Positions 8,781-17,956 of a stretch of DNA of 35,406 nucleotides are shown piece after piece. A program made the position numbers and the translations under genes. The notes under the pieces were generated by a model that saw only the letters and a list, made by a program, of their open reading frames with translations, was not told the origin of the DNA and ran no database searches. Origin of the DNA: Hyphomicrobiales bacterium (lineage in GTDB: Bacteria; Pseudomonadota; Alphaproteobacteria; Rhizobiales; Aestuariivirgaceae). The first letter of the stretch is position 1. Every line of letters begins with the position of its first letter. The stretch covers positions 1 to 35,406 of the forward strand of contig JANMEM010000013.1 in the NCBI GenBank assembly GCA_031376985.1, in the 5' to 3' direction.

Positions 8781-10307
8781 ATGTTTAACGTTCCAAGAGA
8801 CGCAATTTATACCCGCATCAACCGCCGCAAGTTCCTTGAACTTGGTGGCGGCACAGTTGCAGGCCTAGGTGCTGGCGGTTTGACGCTTGGCTTCGGTTCA
8901 ACAATCACGCGGACGACCGCTCAAGCGGCATCGTCTGATGATGCGAAGTGGAAACAGTATTCCGGTTCGAAGCTGAAGTTCATGTCGGAAAACACACCGC
9001 CATCCTTCGCCATCCGCGACAATATCAAGGCCTTCACTGATCTTACCGGGATTGAAGTTGAAATTCTGACGGATGATTTGCCCGTTGTGCAACAAAAGGT
9101 CGGCATCGACTTGCAAAGCGGCAAGGCCGACTATGTGCTCAACTATGTGCAAGACAAGCCAATCGGCGCACCCTTTGCAGATTTCTATGCCGACATGACA
9201 CCGATGTTCGGCGACAGCACCTTGCCACAAGACTCGGAAGGCTACGGCGACGAAGCCTGGTATCCGAACTTTCTGTCAGCCTGCGGACGCTTCTATGAAA
9301 AAGGCAAGATTATCGCACTTCCCTATGACGCTGCCGTGGCCTGCACCTTCTATCGCCAGGACGTATTCGAAAAATACACCAAGGACTTCGAAAAGGAATA
9401 TAGCAAGCGTCTGGAGTTCAATGAGAATTCCACCTGGAAAGACGTCACAGACATGGCGACCTTCTTCAAGAAGTTGAAAGAATCCGGTCAGGACGTTCCC
9501 TATGGCTATGCCCAGCACCACGGCAACTTCGCCTGGACAACACAACTTGATATCCAACGCTTCCTGTTTGCCAATGGACGTTGGGCAGACTGGAACATCG
9601 ACGATGTTTATGGCTCGAAGACACCCGGAAAAACCAACTGGGGCGACAAGCAATCAGTCTTGATGATGCAGAAGTTCAAGGAATTGGCCGATGTGTGCCA
9701 TCCCGACAACCTTGCCAATGGCACACTCGAACTGAACACCGTGTACCAAGCCGGCAAAATCGCGATGCAGACACAGTATCACGAGTTCGCAGCCTCGATT
9801 GAAGACGAAAAGAAGTCGCAGGCAGCAGGCGGAAAAACAGCTTACGCACCTTGCCCGAAGGGCGAAGCAAGCTGGATCACCAATGGCGGTCAAGCCGTTA
9901 ACGGCACCAACTGCGGCATCGGCGGCATTGGCATAAACGGCAATGCGACCGAAGACTTGAAGCGCGCTGCCTACATCTTTGCCATCTGGTCAGTGTCGAA
10001 GAACAATCAGCTGAACGTTCTCAAGGGCCTCGGCGGTACACCAACCCGCAAGTCGGTTCTTGCTGATCCAGAAGTGGTGGCTGCCAGAAAGCGTCCGACA
10101 AAGATGCCGAATGCACTGACGTTTGATGCCGTTTATGATTTGGGCATCAAGGATCCAAACTTCGTGCTTGGTCCAAAAATCCCGAAGTCGAACGAATATT
10201 ATTCGATTATCGCCGCAGAAACGCAGAAGTGTATTTCCGGCAGTTCAAATGCCGAAGAAACTTGCAAGTCAATCCAGTCACAACTGGACTCCTTGCACGG
10301 CGTTTGA
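8781..10307 (+). CDS. Carbohydrate ABC transporter substrate-binding protein with Tat signal
   Basis: AGGAGGAGG RBS before the ATG at 8781. Twin-arginine INRRKFL. FTDLTGIEVE and ALPYD...FYRQDVF motifs of family 1 SBPs. Followed by permeases and an ATPase. Confidence 0.9.
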   Translation: MFNVPRDAIYTRINRRKFLELGGGTVAGLGAGGLTLGFGSTITRTTAQAASSDDAKWKQYSGSKLKFMSENTPPSFAIRDNIKAFTDLTGIEVEILTDDLPVVQQKVGIDLQSGKADYVLNYVQDKPIGAPFADFYADMTPMFGDSTLPQDSEGYGDEAWYPNFLSACGRFYEKGKIIALPYDAAVACTFYRQDVFEKYTKDFEKEYSKRLEFNENSTWKDVTDMATFFKKLKESGQDVPYGYAQHHGNFAWTTQLDIQRFLFANGRWADWNIDDVYGSKTPGKTNWGDKQSVLMMQKFKELADVCHPDNLANGTLELNTVYQAGKIAMQTQYHEFAASIEDEKKSQAAGGKTAYAPCPKGEASWITNGGQAVNGTNCGIGGIGINGNATEDLKRAAYIFAIWSVSKNNQLNVLKGLGGTPTRKSVLADPEVVAARKRPTKMPNALTFDAVYDLGIKDPNFVLGPKIPKSNEYYSIIAAETQKCISGSSNAEETCKSIQSQLDSLHGV

Positions 10308-10325
10308 TTTCGCTTCAAACACAGC

Positions 10326-10351
10326 TCCCTCCCCCAATATGTGGGGGAGGG
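10326..10351 (+). other. Intercistronic stem-loop after the SBP gene
   Basis: TCCCTCCCC (10326-10334) pairs with GGGGAGGGA (10343-10351). No U-tract, so more likely mRNA stabilisation or a REP-like repeat than a terminator. Confidence 0.6.
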
Positions 10352-10386
10352 AATACGCGTAATGAACTATGCCCGGGAAGCGGAAA

Positions 10387-11376
10387 ATGACGGCGATGAC
10401 CAAAAATTCCATCACATCTGCCAACTTGTTCCGGGTCCGCCAGATTCTCGACAATGTTGAGTCAAAGCCTCTGGCCAAAGCAACAAGCAACGACCTGATA
10501 TACAATACCCTGCCGTCCAAAAGCTATTACTACTGGCTGATGGCGCCAGCCATCCTGTTGCTCGCCGCCATTTCGCTCTATCCATTTTTCTGGATGATCT
10601 ACATGAGCTTGAACGATGTGCAGATCGGCAGCATCAAGTGGAACAACTTTGCGAACTACACCAAACTTTGGAATGATGGTAAATTCTGGAACGGCTGGGT
10701 ACTGCTTTTGAAATATTCAGCACTGTGCCTGTTTTTCCAGATTACCATCGGCACGTTTCTGGCGATTGTTCTCAACAATTCAAAATATGAAAAGATCATC
10801 GTCACCACACTTCTCATGCCCATGATGATGGCACCCGTTGTGGCAGGCATGGTCTGGTACTTTCTCTACAATGGCACCTTCGGCTGGTATCACTGGATTT
10901 TCCAAAGCCTGGGCATTCTCGGTGCCAAATCCATTCTTGCTGACGTGCACACCGCCATGTGGGGCATTGTGATTGTTGACGTTTGGCAATGGACGCCGCT
11001 TATCATCCTGATCACGCTGGCAGGCCTGAAGCGTGTGCCGCAGGACCAGCTTGAAGCCAACATGGTGGATGGAGCAACGCCGATCCGCAACTTCCTGTCG
11101 GTCACGCTGCCCAATCTTTATCCGGTGCTTCTCATCGCAATTATGTTGCGCTTCATGGACAACTTCCGCTTCATCGACACTGCCATGGTGTTAACGGGCG
11201 GCGGTCCGGCAGACTCCACCAAGATTCTGCCGATCTATTTGTTCGACGTGTCCTTCAGGTTCACCGAACTTGGTCGCGCAGCGGCTATCGCTTTGATCCT
11301 CCTCATCGTCACAATTGTTCTTGGCAAGGCACTGGTGCGCATATTTGATCGCCAGCGACCTGCGGTCCACCAGTAA
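10387..11376 (+). CDS. Carbohydrate ABC transporter permease (MalF/UgpA type)
   Basis: IVDVWQWTP, EAA loop LEANMVDGA, LTGGGP. Start uncertain (10369, 10387 or 10396). Confidence 0.92.
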   Translation: MTAMTKNSITSANLFRVRQILDNVESKPLAKATSNDLIYNTLPSKSYYYWLMAPAILLLAAISLYPFFWMIYMSLNDVQIGSIKWNNFANYTKLWNDGKFWNGWVLLLKYSALCLFFQITIGTFLAIVLNNSKYEKIIVTTLLMPMMMAPVVAGMVWYFLYNGTFGWYHWIFQSLGILGAKSILADVHTAMWGIVIVDVWQWTPLIILITLAGLKRVPQDQLEANMVDGATPIRNFLSVTLPNLYPVLLIAIMLRFMDNFRFIDTAMVLTGGGPADSTKILPIYLFDVSFRFTELGRAAAIALILLIVTIVLGKALVRIFDRQRPAVHQ

Positions 11377-11386
11377 GGAACGGCAT

Positions 11387-12265
11387 ATGTCATCCCGTGA
11401 TATTGTAAACTACAACACGCCGCTGAGCCGGGCCTTCGGCTGGTTCTCTAAAATATTCATTGGCTTTTATCTGGTGTGGACGGTGCTGCCGATTTTCGTG
11501 ATGATCGTATCGTCCTTCAAGGATCTGCTAGAGTCGTTTCAGATCCCCGCCGTGGGTGATTGGCTGGGTGCGCGCGTCTTCTTCAACTTTACGCCGACGT
11601 TTCAACACTACATCGACCTTTTTACCCAGCAGCCTTTCGGCACCTATCTCTTTAACTCTATTGTCGCTGCGGGCGGCTCGGCCATCATCTCTGTTGTCCT
11701 CGGTTCCATGGCGGCCTATTCACTGTCCCGCACCGATTTCAAATTCAAGAATGACCTGTTCTTCTGGATCATATCAACGCGCATGGCGCCAGTGGTCGCT
11801 GTGCTTGTGCCGCTGTTTGCCATTTTTCGTGGCCTCGACCTTGTCGGTTCACTTTCTGGTCTCATTCTTGCCTACACCACTTTCAATCTGCCATTTGCAA
11901 TCTGGATCCTGAAAGGCTTCTTCGACAATGTACCCTATGCCATCGAAGAAGCGCAGATGATTGACGGTGCTTCGCGTCCGAGAGCCTTGATCTCGATCCT
12001 GCCACTGGTTGCACCGGGCATTGCTGCTTTCGTGGTGCTGTGCATTCTCTTTGCATGGAACGATTTTCTGTTCGCCGCCATCATCGGCTCTGGCGACGCC
12101 AAGACACTGCCGGTTGCCACAAAGGAACTGGTGCAGCCACAAAACATTCAATGGGGCACCATCATGGCCGCAGGCACTGTCACGACGTTGCCGATGATGT
12201 TGCTGGGCCTCGTCATTCGAAAATACCTGGTTACGGGCCTCACCATGGGCGCGGTCAAGGAATAG
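11387..12265 (+). CDS. Carbohydrate ABC transporter permease (MalG/UgpE type)
   Basis: IEEAQMIDGAS, FAWNDFLFA, C-terminal GLTMGAVKE. AAGGAA RBS before the ATG at 11387. Confidence 0.93.
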   Translation: MSSRDIVNYNTPLSRAFGWFSKIFIGFYLVWTVLPIFVMIVSSFKDLLESFQIPAVGDWLGARVFFNFTPTFQHYIDLFTQQPFGTYLFNSIVAAGGSAIISVVLGSMAAYSLSRTDFKFKNDLFFWIISTRMAPVVAVLVPLFAIFRGLDLVGSLSGLILAYTTFNLPFAIWILKGFFDNVPYAIEEAQMIDGASRPRALISILPLVAPGIAAFVVLCILFAWNDFLFAAIIGSGDAKTLPVATKELVQPQNIQWGTIMAAGTVTTLPMMLLGLVIRKYLVTGLTMGAVKE

Positions 12266-12277
12266 TTGGAGAGAATT

Positions 12278-13369
12278 ATGGCAACCGTAACAATCGACAA
12301 GGTCTGGAAAAAATACGGCGCGTTCGATGCCGTAAAAGACCTGAACATCAACTGTCCTGATGGTACCTTTTTGTCCATCCTTGGTCCGTCAGGCTGCGGC
12401 AAGTCCTCGACCATGCGGATGATCGCAGGGCTTGAACATATCAGTGCAGGTGAAGTTCGGTTCGACGGCCAGCGCATCAATGACCTCGCGCCAAAGGATC
12501 GCGATGTCGCGATGGTGTTTGAGAACTACGCGCTGTACCCGCACAAAACAGTTTATGAAAACATGGCAAATCCGCTACGCCTTCGTGGCCAGAGCGATGC
12601 CCAGATCAAGGACCGCGTGACTGGCGCAGCCAAGCTTCTGGAAATCAGTCAACTCTTGGAGCGCCGCCCCTCAGAACTGTCTGGTGGCCAGAAACAACGC
12701 GTCGCAATTGGCCGTGCCATTGTGCGCGAACCAAAACTCTTCCTGTTCGACGAACCCATTGCACACTTGGACGCAAAGCTTCGGGCCCATATGCGTGCCG
12801 AAATCAAACATCTGCAACGTTCGCTTGGTACAACCATGATTTACGTCACGCACGACCAACTGGAAGCCATGTCCATGGCCGACATGATCGCCGTCATGCA
12901 TGAAGGTGAACTGCAACAATTGGGAACGCCGCGCGAAGTTTATAACAACCCCGTCAACGCATGGGTGGCAGGCTTTGTGGGCGAGCCCGCCATGAATTTC
13001 ATGGATGCAACTCTGGAAGACAAGGCTGGCAAGACATGGTTCAATCATCCGAATTTTTCAATCGCCGTAACACCTGAACAACGCAGACTGCTCAGCACTC
13101 AAAATTCAAAACACGTGCGCATGGGCGTTCGCCCTGATGCACTCGGCATTTCCGGGGCCAAGCCAAAAGACGGTCACATCCAGGGCGAAATATTTGTCAC
13201 CGAACTACTGGGCAGTGACATGATTGTGGATGTGAATCTCGAAGACAGCCGCATTCGTGTCAAAACCACGCCGGAGTTCATGGGCAAGGAAGGTGAGAAA
13301 TGTTACATCACCGTTAATCGCGACAAGTGGCATGCCTTCTCGACGGCAGATGGCCAAGCCTTCTTTTGA
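12278..13369 (+). CDS. Carbohydrate ABC transporter ATP-binding protein (MalK/UgpC type)
   Basis: Walker A GPSGCGKS, LSGGQKQR, FLFDEP, YVTHDQ, C-terminal TOBE-like region. Confidence 0.95.
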   Translation: MATVTIDKVWKKYGAFDAVKDLNINCPDGTFLSILGPSGCGKSSTMRMIAGLEHISAGEVRFDGQRINDLAPKDRDVAMVFENYALYPHKTVYENMANPLRLRGQSDAQIKDRVTGAAKLLEISQLLERRPSELSGGQKQRVAIGRAIVREPKLFLFDEPIAHLDAKLRAHMRAEIKHLQRSLGTTMIYVTHDQLEAMSMADMIAVMHEGELQQLGTPREVYNNPVNAWVAGFVGEPAMNFMDATLEDKAGKTWFNHPNFSIAVTPEQRRLLSTQNSKHVRMGVRPDALGISGAKPKDGHIQGEIFVTELLGSDMIVDVNLEDSRIRVKTTPEFMGKEGEKCYITVNRDKWHAFSTADGQAFF

Positions 13370-13992
13370 TGCTGGCGGAGCCGCAAGACATGGGTGCCCA
13401 GTCTGGTCATGCAACACTCGCTTCCTTCCTTGATGAGATCAAGACCTCCGGGTTGCCGCTAAACGTAGTGACCCTGTTTCATGCGGTGCAGAATTTGCCC
13501 TACCTCTCAACAGGTGACCGCAGTCTTGAAGGAATACTTCAACGCCGTGCAGGGTCCTGTTCGAGCAAACATATACTGCTTGCTGCTTTGCTGAATGTAA
13601 TCGGCATCACGTCGCGTGTGGAACTTGTGTTGGGGGATTTTGCAACGCCGTTCCGTAACGCGCGGAATATTCCTGCGCCTTTCATTGAAGCTGCCAAGAA
13701 TGGTATTCGCGATATTCACAATATCTTGCGGGCCGACATCAACGGGACTTCCGTCATTCTCGACGCCACATGGCATGATGCCATGTTGCCGTTTGCTATG
13801 CGTGTGAACAACGCATGGAACGGGCAGGGCGATACCGAAATCGCAGTAGATGTGCACAAGATGTTGGGGCCTTCAAACGAGCCTGCAGAAGACAAGGCCC
13901 GCATCATCGCAACATGGCCGCAGGCTGAACAGCAGGCACGGCGACGTTTTCTTGAAACGGTCAATGACTGGATCGCAACAATCGCAAGTTAG
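13369..13992 (+). CDS. Transglutaminase-like (Cys-His-Asp) protein
   Basis: VQNLPY, GSCSSKHILL, DIHNIL, ILDATW. The ATG overlaps the ATPase stop (TGATG). Confidence 0.65.
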   Translation: MLAEPQDMGAQSGHATLASFLDEIKTSGLPLNVVTLFHAVQNLPYLSTGDRSLEGILQRRAGSCSSKHILLAALLNVIGITSRVELVLGDFATPFRNARNIPAPFIEAAKNGIRDIHNILRADINGTSVILDATWHDAMLPFAMRVNNAWNGQGDTEIAVDVHKMLGPSNEPAEDKARIIATWPQAEQQARRRFLETVNDWIATIAS

Positions 13993-14009
13993 ATAACGGG
14001 AGATTACAC

Positions 14010-15575
14010 ATGGCCGGGAACACCAGCAAAGCCTTCATCGGCATCGATGCCGGAACCACGGGTACGACTGTTGCCATATATGACGACAAAGGCAACGAGA
14101 TTGCCACAGGTTACAAAGAGTATGCCTGCAATTTTCCGCGTGCAGGCTGGGTGGAACAGGATTTCGCCGATGTGTGGGACGGTATTTGCGTCGCCTCGAA
14201 GCAGGCCATCAAAGCCGCCAATCTTCCGGCTTCATCATATAAGTCGGTCGGCTTCTCCAGCCAGCGCGGCACCTTCGGCTTGCTTGATGCCAAAAAGCAG
14301 CCGCTTGCACCTTCAATCGTCTGGAACGATGGTCGTGCGCAAGCCTATGAAGGCAAGTTCGCGGAAACACTTTCGGCAAAAGACTATCAGGCTCACACCG
14401 GCATGCCATTGGCTGCGGCTTGGGCGGCCTGCAAGATTGCCTGGTTGCGCGACAACCGGCCCGACATTTTCGAGAAGACGCGCTGGGTGGTGAACGGTCA
14501 GGAATATTTCCTGCATCTCTTGGGAGCTGATGACTGGACCACGGACCCTGCATCCCTCACCCTTAACGGCATGATGGACATTCGAAATCTGGACTGGAGC
14601 GACCAGGTCCTGAAACTCTGCGGTCTGACCCGCGATATGATGCCACCCGTCGGCAGAACCGCCACGCAAGCAGGCGTGATCTCAAAAGCTGCTGCTGCCG
14701 CGACAGGCATTCCTGCAGGCACGCCGATATGTCGTGGCGCTGGCGACCAGCAATGTGCGGCTATTGGTGCAGGCATTATCAAGCAAGGCATGGCGGAATT
14801 CACCGTTGGCACATCGGCCGTCATGGTCGCCCATGTCGACAGTGTGGACCGGGTGACGGGCGACAAGCTTTTCCTCGGTGGTCATGGCGTACCCGGCATG
14901 TGGGATCTGGAGGGGGCGGCATTCGCAGCAGGTGTATGTTTGCGCTGGTGGCGTGATATTCTTGGTATGCCCGAACAATCAGCAGCCAAAAAAGCCAAAC
15001 GCAGTCCCTATGCCGAGATGGTTGACCTCGCAATGAAGTCACCAGCGGGTGCCAAGGGGCTGGTGTTCCACCCCTTCATGCAAGGCCAGGTCACTCCTTA
15101 TTATGATGTGACGGCGAAAGGTGGCTATCTTGGTATGCGCCTTGACCATGACCGCGCCGATGTGATGCGCGCCGTGCTTGAAGGTGTATCAAATGAAATG
15201 CGCATGATCGTTGATACTTTCCAGTCTGGCATGAAGGGCGGCGTCACTGAATTTCGCCTCACAGGTGGCGGCACCAAAAGCCCCGGCTTTGTGCAGATCA
15301 TGACAGATGTGATTGGCATTCCCGCAGGTGTACCCAAAGTGCGGGAATGCACCGTGCTGGGTGCGGCCATATTGGGTGCCGTAGGGGCGGGGCAATTCGC
15401 CAGCGTTGCCGAAGCCGCGGGTGCCATGGTCTCGCTCGAAAGTATGGTCGAGCCATCACGCGCAACACGCGCGCTTTATGACGATCAGCATGCGCTGTTC
15501 AAATCGGGCTACACCAGCCTCAACAAGGGTGGAGCATATCAGGCGATGTATGATTACAACGCGAAGTATTTCTGA
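14010..15575 (+). CDS. FGGY-family carbohydrate kinase (xylulokinase-like)
   Basis: IGIDAGTTG, GWVEQD, WNDGRA, GAGDQQCAAIG, RAVLEGV, TGGGTKS. Confidence 0.92.
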   Translation: MAGNTSKAFIGIDAGTTGTTVAIYDDKGNEIATGYKEYACNFPRAGWVEQDFADVWDGICVASKQAIKAANLPASSYKSVGFSSQRGTFGLLDAKKQPLAPSIVWNDGRAQAYEGKFAETLSAKDYQAHTGMPLAAAWAACKIAWLRDNRPDIFEKTRWVVNGQEYFLHLLGADDWTTDPASLTLNGMMDIRNLDWSDQVLKLCGLTRDMMPPVGRTATQAGVISKAAAAATGIPAGTPICRGAGDQQCAAIGAGIIKQGMAEFTVGTSAVMVAHVDSVDRVTGDKLFLGGHGVPGMWDLEGAAFAAGVCLRWWRDILGMPEQSAAKKAKRSPYAEMVDLAMKSPAGAKGLVFHPFMQGQVTPYYDVTAKGGYLGMRLDHDRADVMRAVLEGVSNEMRMIVDTFQSGMKGGVTEFRLTGGGTKSPGFVQIMTDVIGIPAGVPKVRECTVLGAAILGAVGAGQFASVAEAAGAMVSLESMVEPSRATRALYDDQHALFKSGYTSLNKGGAYQAMYDYNAKYF

Positions 15576-15594
15576 TGGACCAACTAGGAGTGGT

Positions 15595-15609
15595 TGAAAA
15601 TAATTTTCA
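15595..15609. promoter_or_regulatory. Palindromic candidate RpiR operator upstream of the VOC-aldolase-cbbY genes
   Basis: Perfect palindrome TGAAAAT-A-ATTTTCA, with a second copy AGAAGAC-A-ATTTTCA at 15691-15705. Confidence 0.6.
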
Positions 15610-15763
15610 CAATGACTTGAAAGTCTAGAGATTAGATGGTTAGAGTGATGGCGAAGCTACCTCAATAGTGCAATAATTTGCTGTCGATTGAGAAGACAAT
15701 TTTCAAGCGGGCATAAGCTAGCGTTATCATCGGCACCAAACGGACCAATAAGGAGTGAACAAA

Positions 15764-16318
15764 ATGCCAATCCCCGGAATTCAAGGCATGGAGCATGTTG
15801 GCCTCACAGTGCCTAACCTGCAGGAAGCCTGCGACTTTTTTGAAAAGATTTTGGGCGCGGAAGTGTTGTTTACCGCTGCCACCGATTTTCGCAATGACGA
15901 CAGCGACTGGATGACGACGCATCTCAACATTCACCCTCGCGCAGTGGTCAAGGAATTCCGCTATGTCCGTATGCGCAATGGCACAAATCTTGAGCTGTTT
16001 GAATATTCATCACCTGATCAACAAACCGTATTGCCGAAAAACTCGGATGTCGGCGGCTATCATCTTGCCTTTTATGTTGATGATATTTACGCAGCTGTGA
16101 AGTTCTTGAAGGACAACGGCGTCAAGGTTCTGGATGAACCTACAGTTTATGCCGACGGCCCGAACCTTGGTCTCTCGTGGTGCTATTTCATGGCCCCTTG
16201 GGGGCTTCAGCTCGAAGTCGTGTCGGCCCCCAAAGGTACGACATTTGACAATGAAGCCAAACAAGCGGGCAGGCGTCGTCTCTTCGATCCAAGCAGGCCT
16301 AAGGAAACATTGATTTAG
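15764..16318 (+). CDS. VOC-family protein resembling CetB-type cyclitol epimerases
   Basis: EHVGLTVPNL, TNLELFEY..PDQ, PKNSDVGGYHLAFYVDD, YFMAPWGLQLEVV (H/E/H/E metal ligands). AAGGAG RBS before the ATG at 15764. Confidence 0.85.
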   Translation: MPIPGIQGMEHVGLTVPNLQEACDFFEKILGAEVLFTAATDFRNDDSDWMTTHLNIHPRAVVKEFRYVRMRNGTNLELFEYSSPDQQTVLPKNSDVGGYHLAFYVDDIYAAVKFLKDNGVKVLDEPTVYADGPNLGLSWCYFMAPWGLQLEVVSAPKGTTFDNEAKQAGRRRLFDPSRPKETLI

Positions 16319-16363
16319 TTTTCTGCTGAACCATTAAAATTCGAAAATACAAGGTCCAACACT

Positions 16364-17242
16364 ATGCCACTGTTAAATATGGGCCCGATGCTCAAGCGTG
16401 CACAGTCCGCACGTTATGGTATCGCGGCGTTCAACATGATCGACTACAATTCCGTTCGCGCTATTATTGACAGCGCTACGGAACTCAAAGCCCCGATCAT
16501 TGTGCAAGTCTCGACCAAGACCATTCGCCATTGGGGTTTCAAGCCCATTGCAGGATGGGTGAAGCAACTTGCGAACGATACGGATGTTCCAGTGGCCTTG
16601 CACCTCGACCATTGCTCAGACCTCAAAATCATTCAGGGCTGCATTGATGCGGGTTGGACGTCTGTGATGTTTGATGGTTCGGCGCTGCCTTTCAAAGACA
16701 ACATCGCAAAGTCGAGCGAAGTCTACAAACTCACCGAAGCAGCAGGCGTTGGCCTCGAAGCTGAAATCGGTGCCATCGGTGGTGTTGAAGACGACAAGTT
16801 CGTGGCGCAGGATAAATCCATTCTCGCTGATTTTGATGAATGCGTGGCCTTCTGCAAGGAAATGCCAAGGCTCGCCGTGTTTGCGCCGGCCATTGGTACC
16901 GCGCACGGTTTCTATGCAGGTGAGCCGAAGATTGCCTATGAACTTTTGGAACGCATCACGTCTGCCATCGACATTCCCATTGCCCTTCATGGCGGCACAG
17001 GTTTGACGGAAGAACAATTCCATCGTTGCATTGGTGCGGGCTGTGCCAAGGTCAATATTTCCACCATGCACAAGAAGCGCTTTATTGATGGTTTTATGGG
17101 GCATCGTGACAACAAGCCGAAAGAGTCAGAACCACTGCCCTTCATCCAATCGCAATACGAGGCGATGATGGGCGATGTGCGCGACATGATCCGCACCTTT
17201 GGCAGCGAGGGCCGTGGCGCGCATGCCGCAGGACATGCGTGA
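16364..17242 (+). CDS. Class II fructose-bisphosphate aldolase family protein
   Basis: AAFNM, LHLDH, SVMFDGS, EAEIG, GTAHG, LHGGTG, KVNIST. Confidence 0.92.
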   Translation: MPLLNMGPMLKRAQSARYGIAAFNMIDYNSVRAIIDSATELKAPIIVQVSTKTIRHWGFKPIAGWVKQLANDTDVPVALHLDHCSDLKIIQGCIDAGWTSVMFDGSALPFKDNIAKSSEVYKLTEAAGVGLEAEIGAIGGVEDDKFVAQDKSILADFDECVAFCKEMPRLAVFAPAIGTAHGFYAGEPKIAYELLERITSAIDIPIALHGGTGLTEEQFHRCIGAGCAKVNISTMHKKRFIDGFMGHRDNKPKESEPLPFIQSQYEAMMGDVRDMIRTFGSEGRGAHAAGHA

Positions 17243-17243
17243 C

Positions 17244-17951
17244 ATGCAAGCTTTAATTTTCGATTGTGATGGTGTGTTGGTTGATACCGAGCGCGATGGC
17301 CACCGCGTTGCCTTCAATGCGGCATTCAAGGCCATAGGCTGGACAACCGAATGGTCGGTTGAACGCTACGGCGAACTGCTGACAACGGCCGGCGGCAAGG
17401 AACGTATGCGCCGCCATTTTGATGAGAAGGGCTGGCCCGTCCCAGAGGCCGAGCGTGATGCTGCGATTGCATCGCTGCACAAGCTCAAGACTGATCTCTT
17501 CATGGAATTGATTGAAAGTGGCGCTTTGCCATTGCGTGCAGGCGTCGCCCGCATCGTCGATGAAGCCATAACCGCCAAGTTGAAGATCGCTGTGTGCTCC
17601 ACATCAAATGAACGGGCTGTGCAATCCGTTGTCGACAAAATGTTGGGCGCAAAACGCTCGCAACACATCAAGGTTTTCGCAGGCGACATCGTCGCCAAGA
17701 AAAAGCCGGACCCTGCCATCTATGAACTGGCCGCACAAGATTTGGGCCTTGATCCCAAAAAATGTGTTGTGGTTGAAGATTCGAACAATGGGCTTCGTGC
17801 AGCAAAATCCGCAAACATGAATTGCATCGTCACGATATCATCTTATACCGCAGATGAGGATTTCAAACTCGCTGACCGTGTTGTTCCGGAACTCGGAGAC
17901 CTGCCCAATCGGGTGGTAACGCTAGCCGATTTGCGGTCGCTGGTTAAATAG
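17244..17951 (+). CDS. cbbY: CbbY-type HAD phosphatase (xylulose-1,5-bisphosphate phosphatase-like)
   Basis: ALIFDCDGVLVDTERDGHRVAFN, YGELL..AGGKERM, LHKLKT.LF, AGDIVAKKKPDPAIY, VVEDS, YTADEDF. Start 17244 or 17235. Confidence 0.85.
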   Translation: MQALIFDCDGVLVDTERDGHRVAFNAAFKAIGWTTEWSVERYGELLTTAGGKERMRRHFDEKGWPVPEAERDAAIASLHKLKTDLFMELIESGALPLRAGVARIVDEAITAKLKIAVCSTSNERAVQSVVDKMLGAKRSQHIKVFAGDIVAKKKPDPAIYELAAQDLGLDPKKCVVVEDSNNGLRAAKSANMNCIVTISSYTADEDFKLADRVVPELGDLPNRVVTLADLRSLVK

Positions 17952-17956
17952 AAACA

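Noticed and set aside
8082-15595. GAGTGG near-matches (about 8082, 8139, 15588) as attR
   Set aside because: Only 6 of 8 core bases, with no guaA tail homology and no arm repeats nearby.
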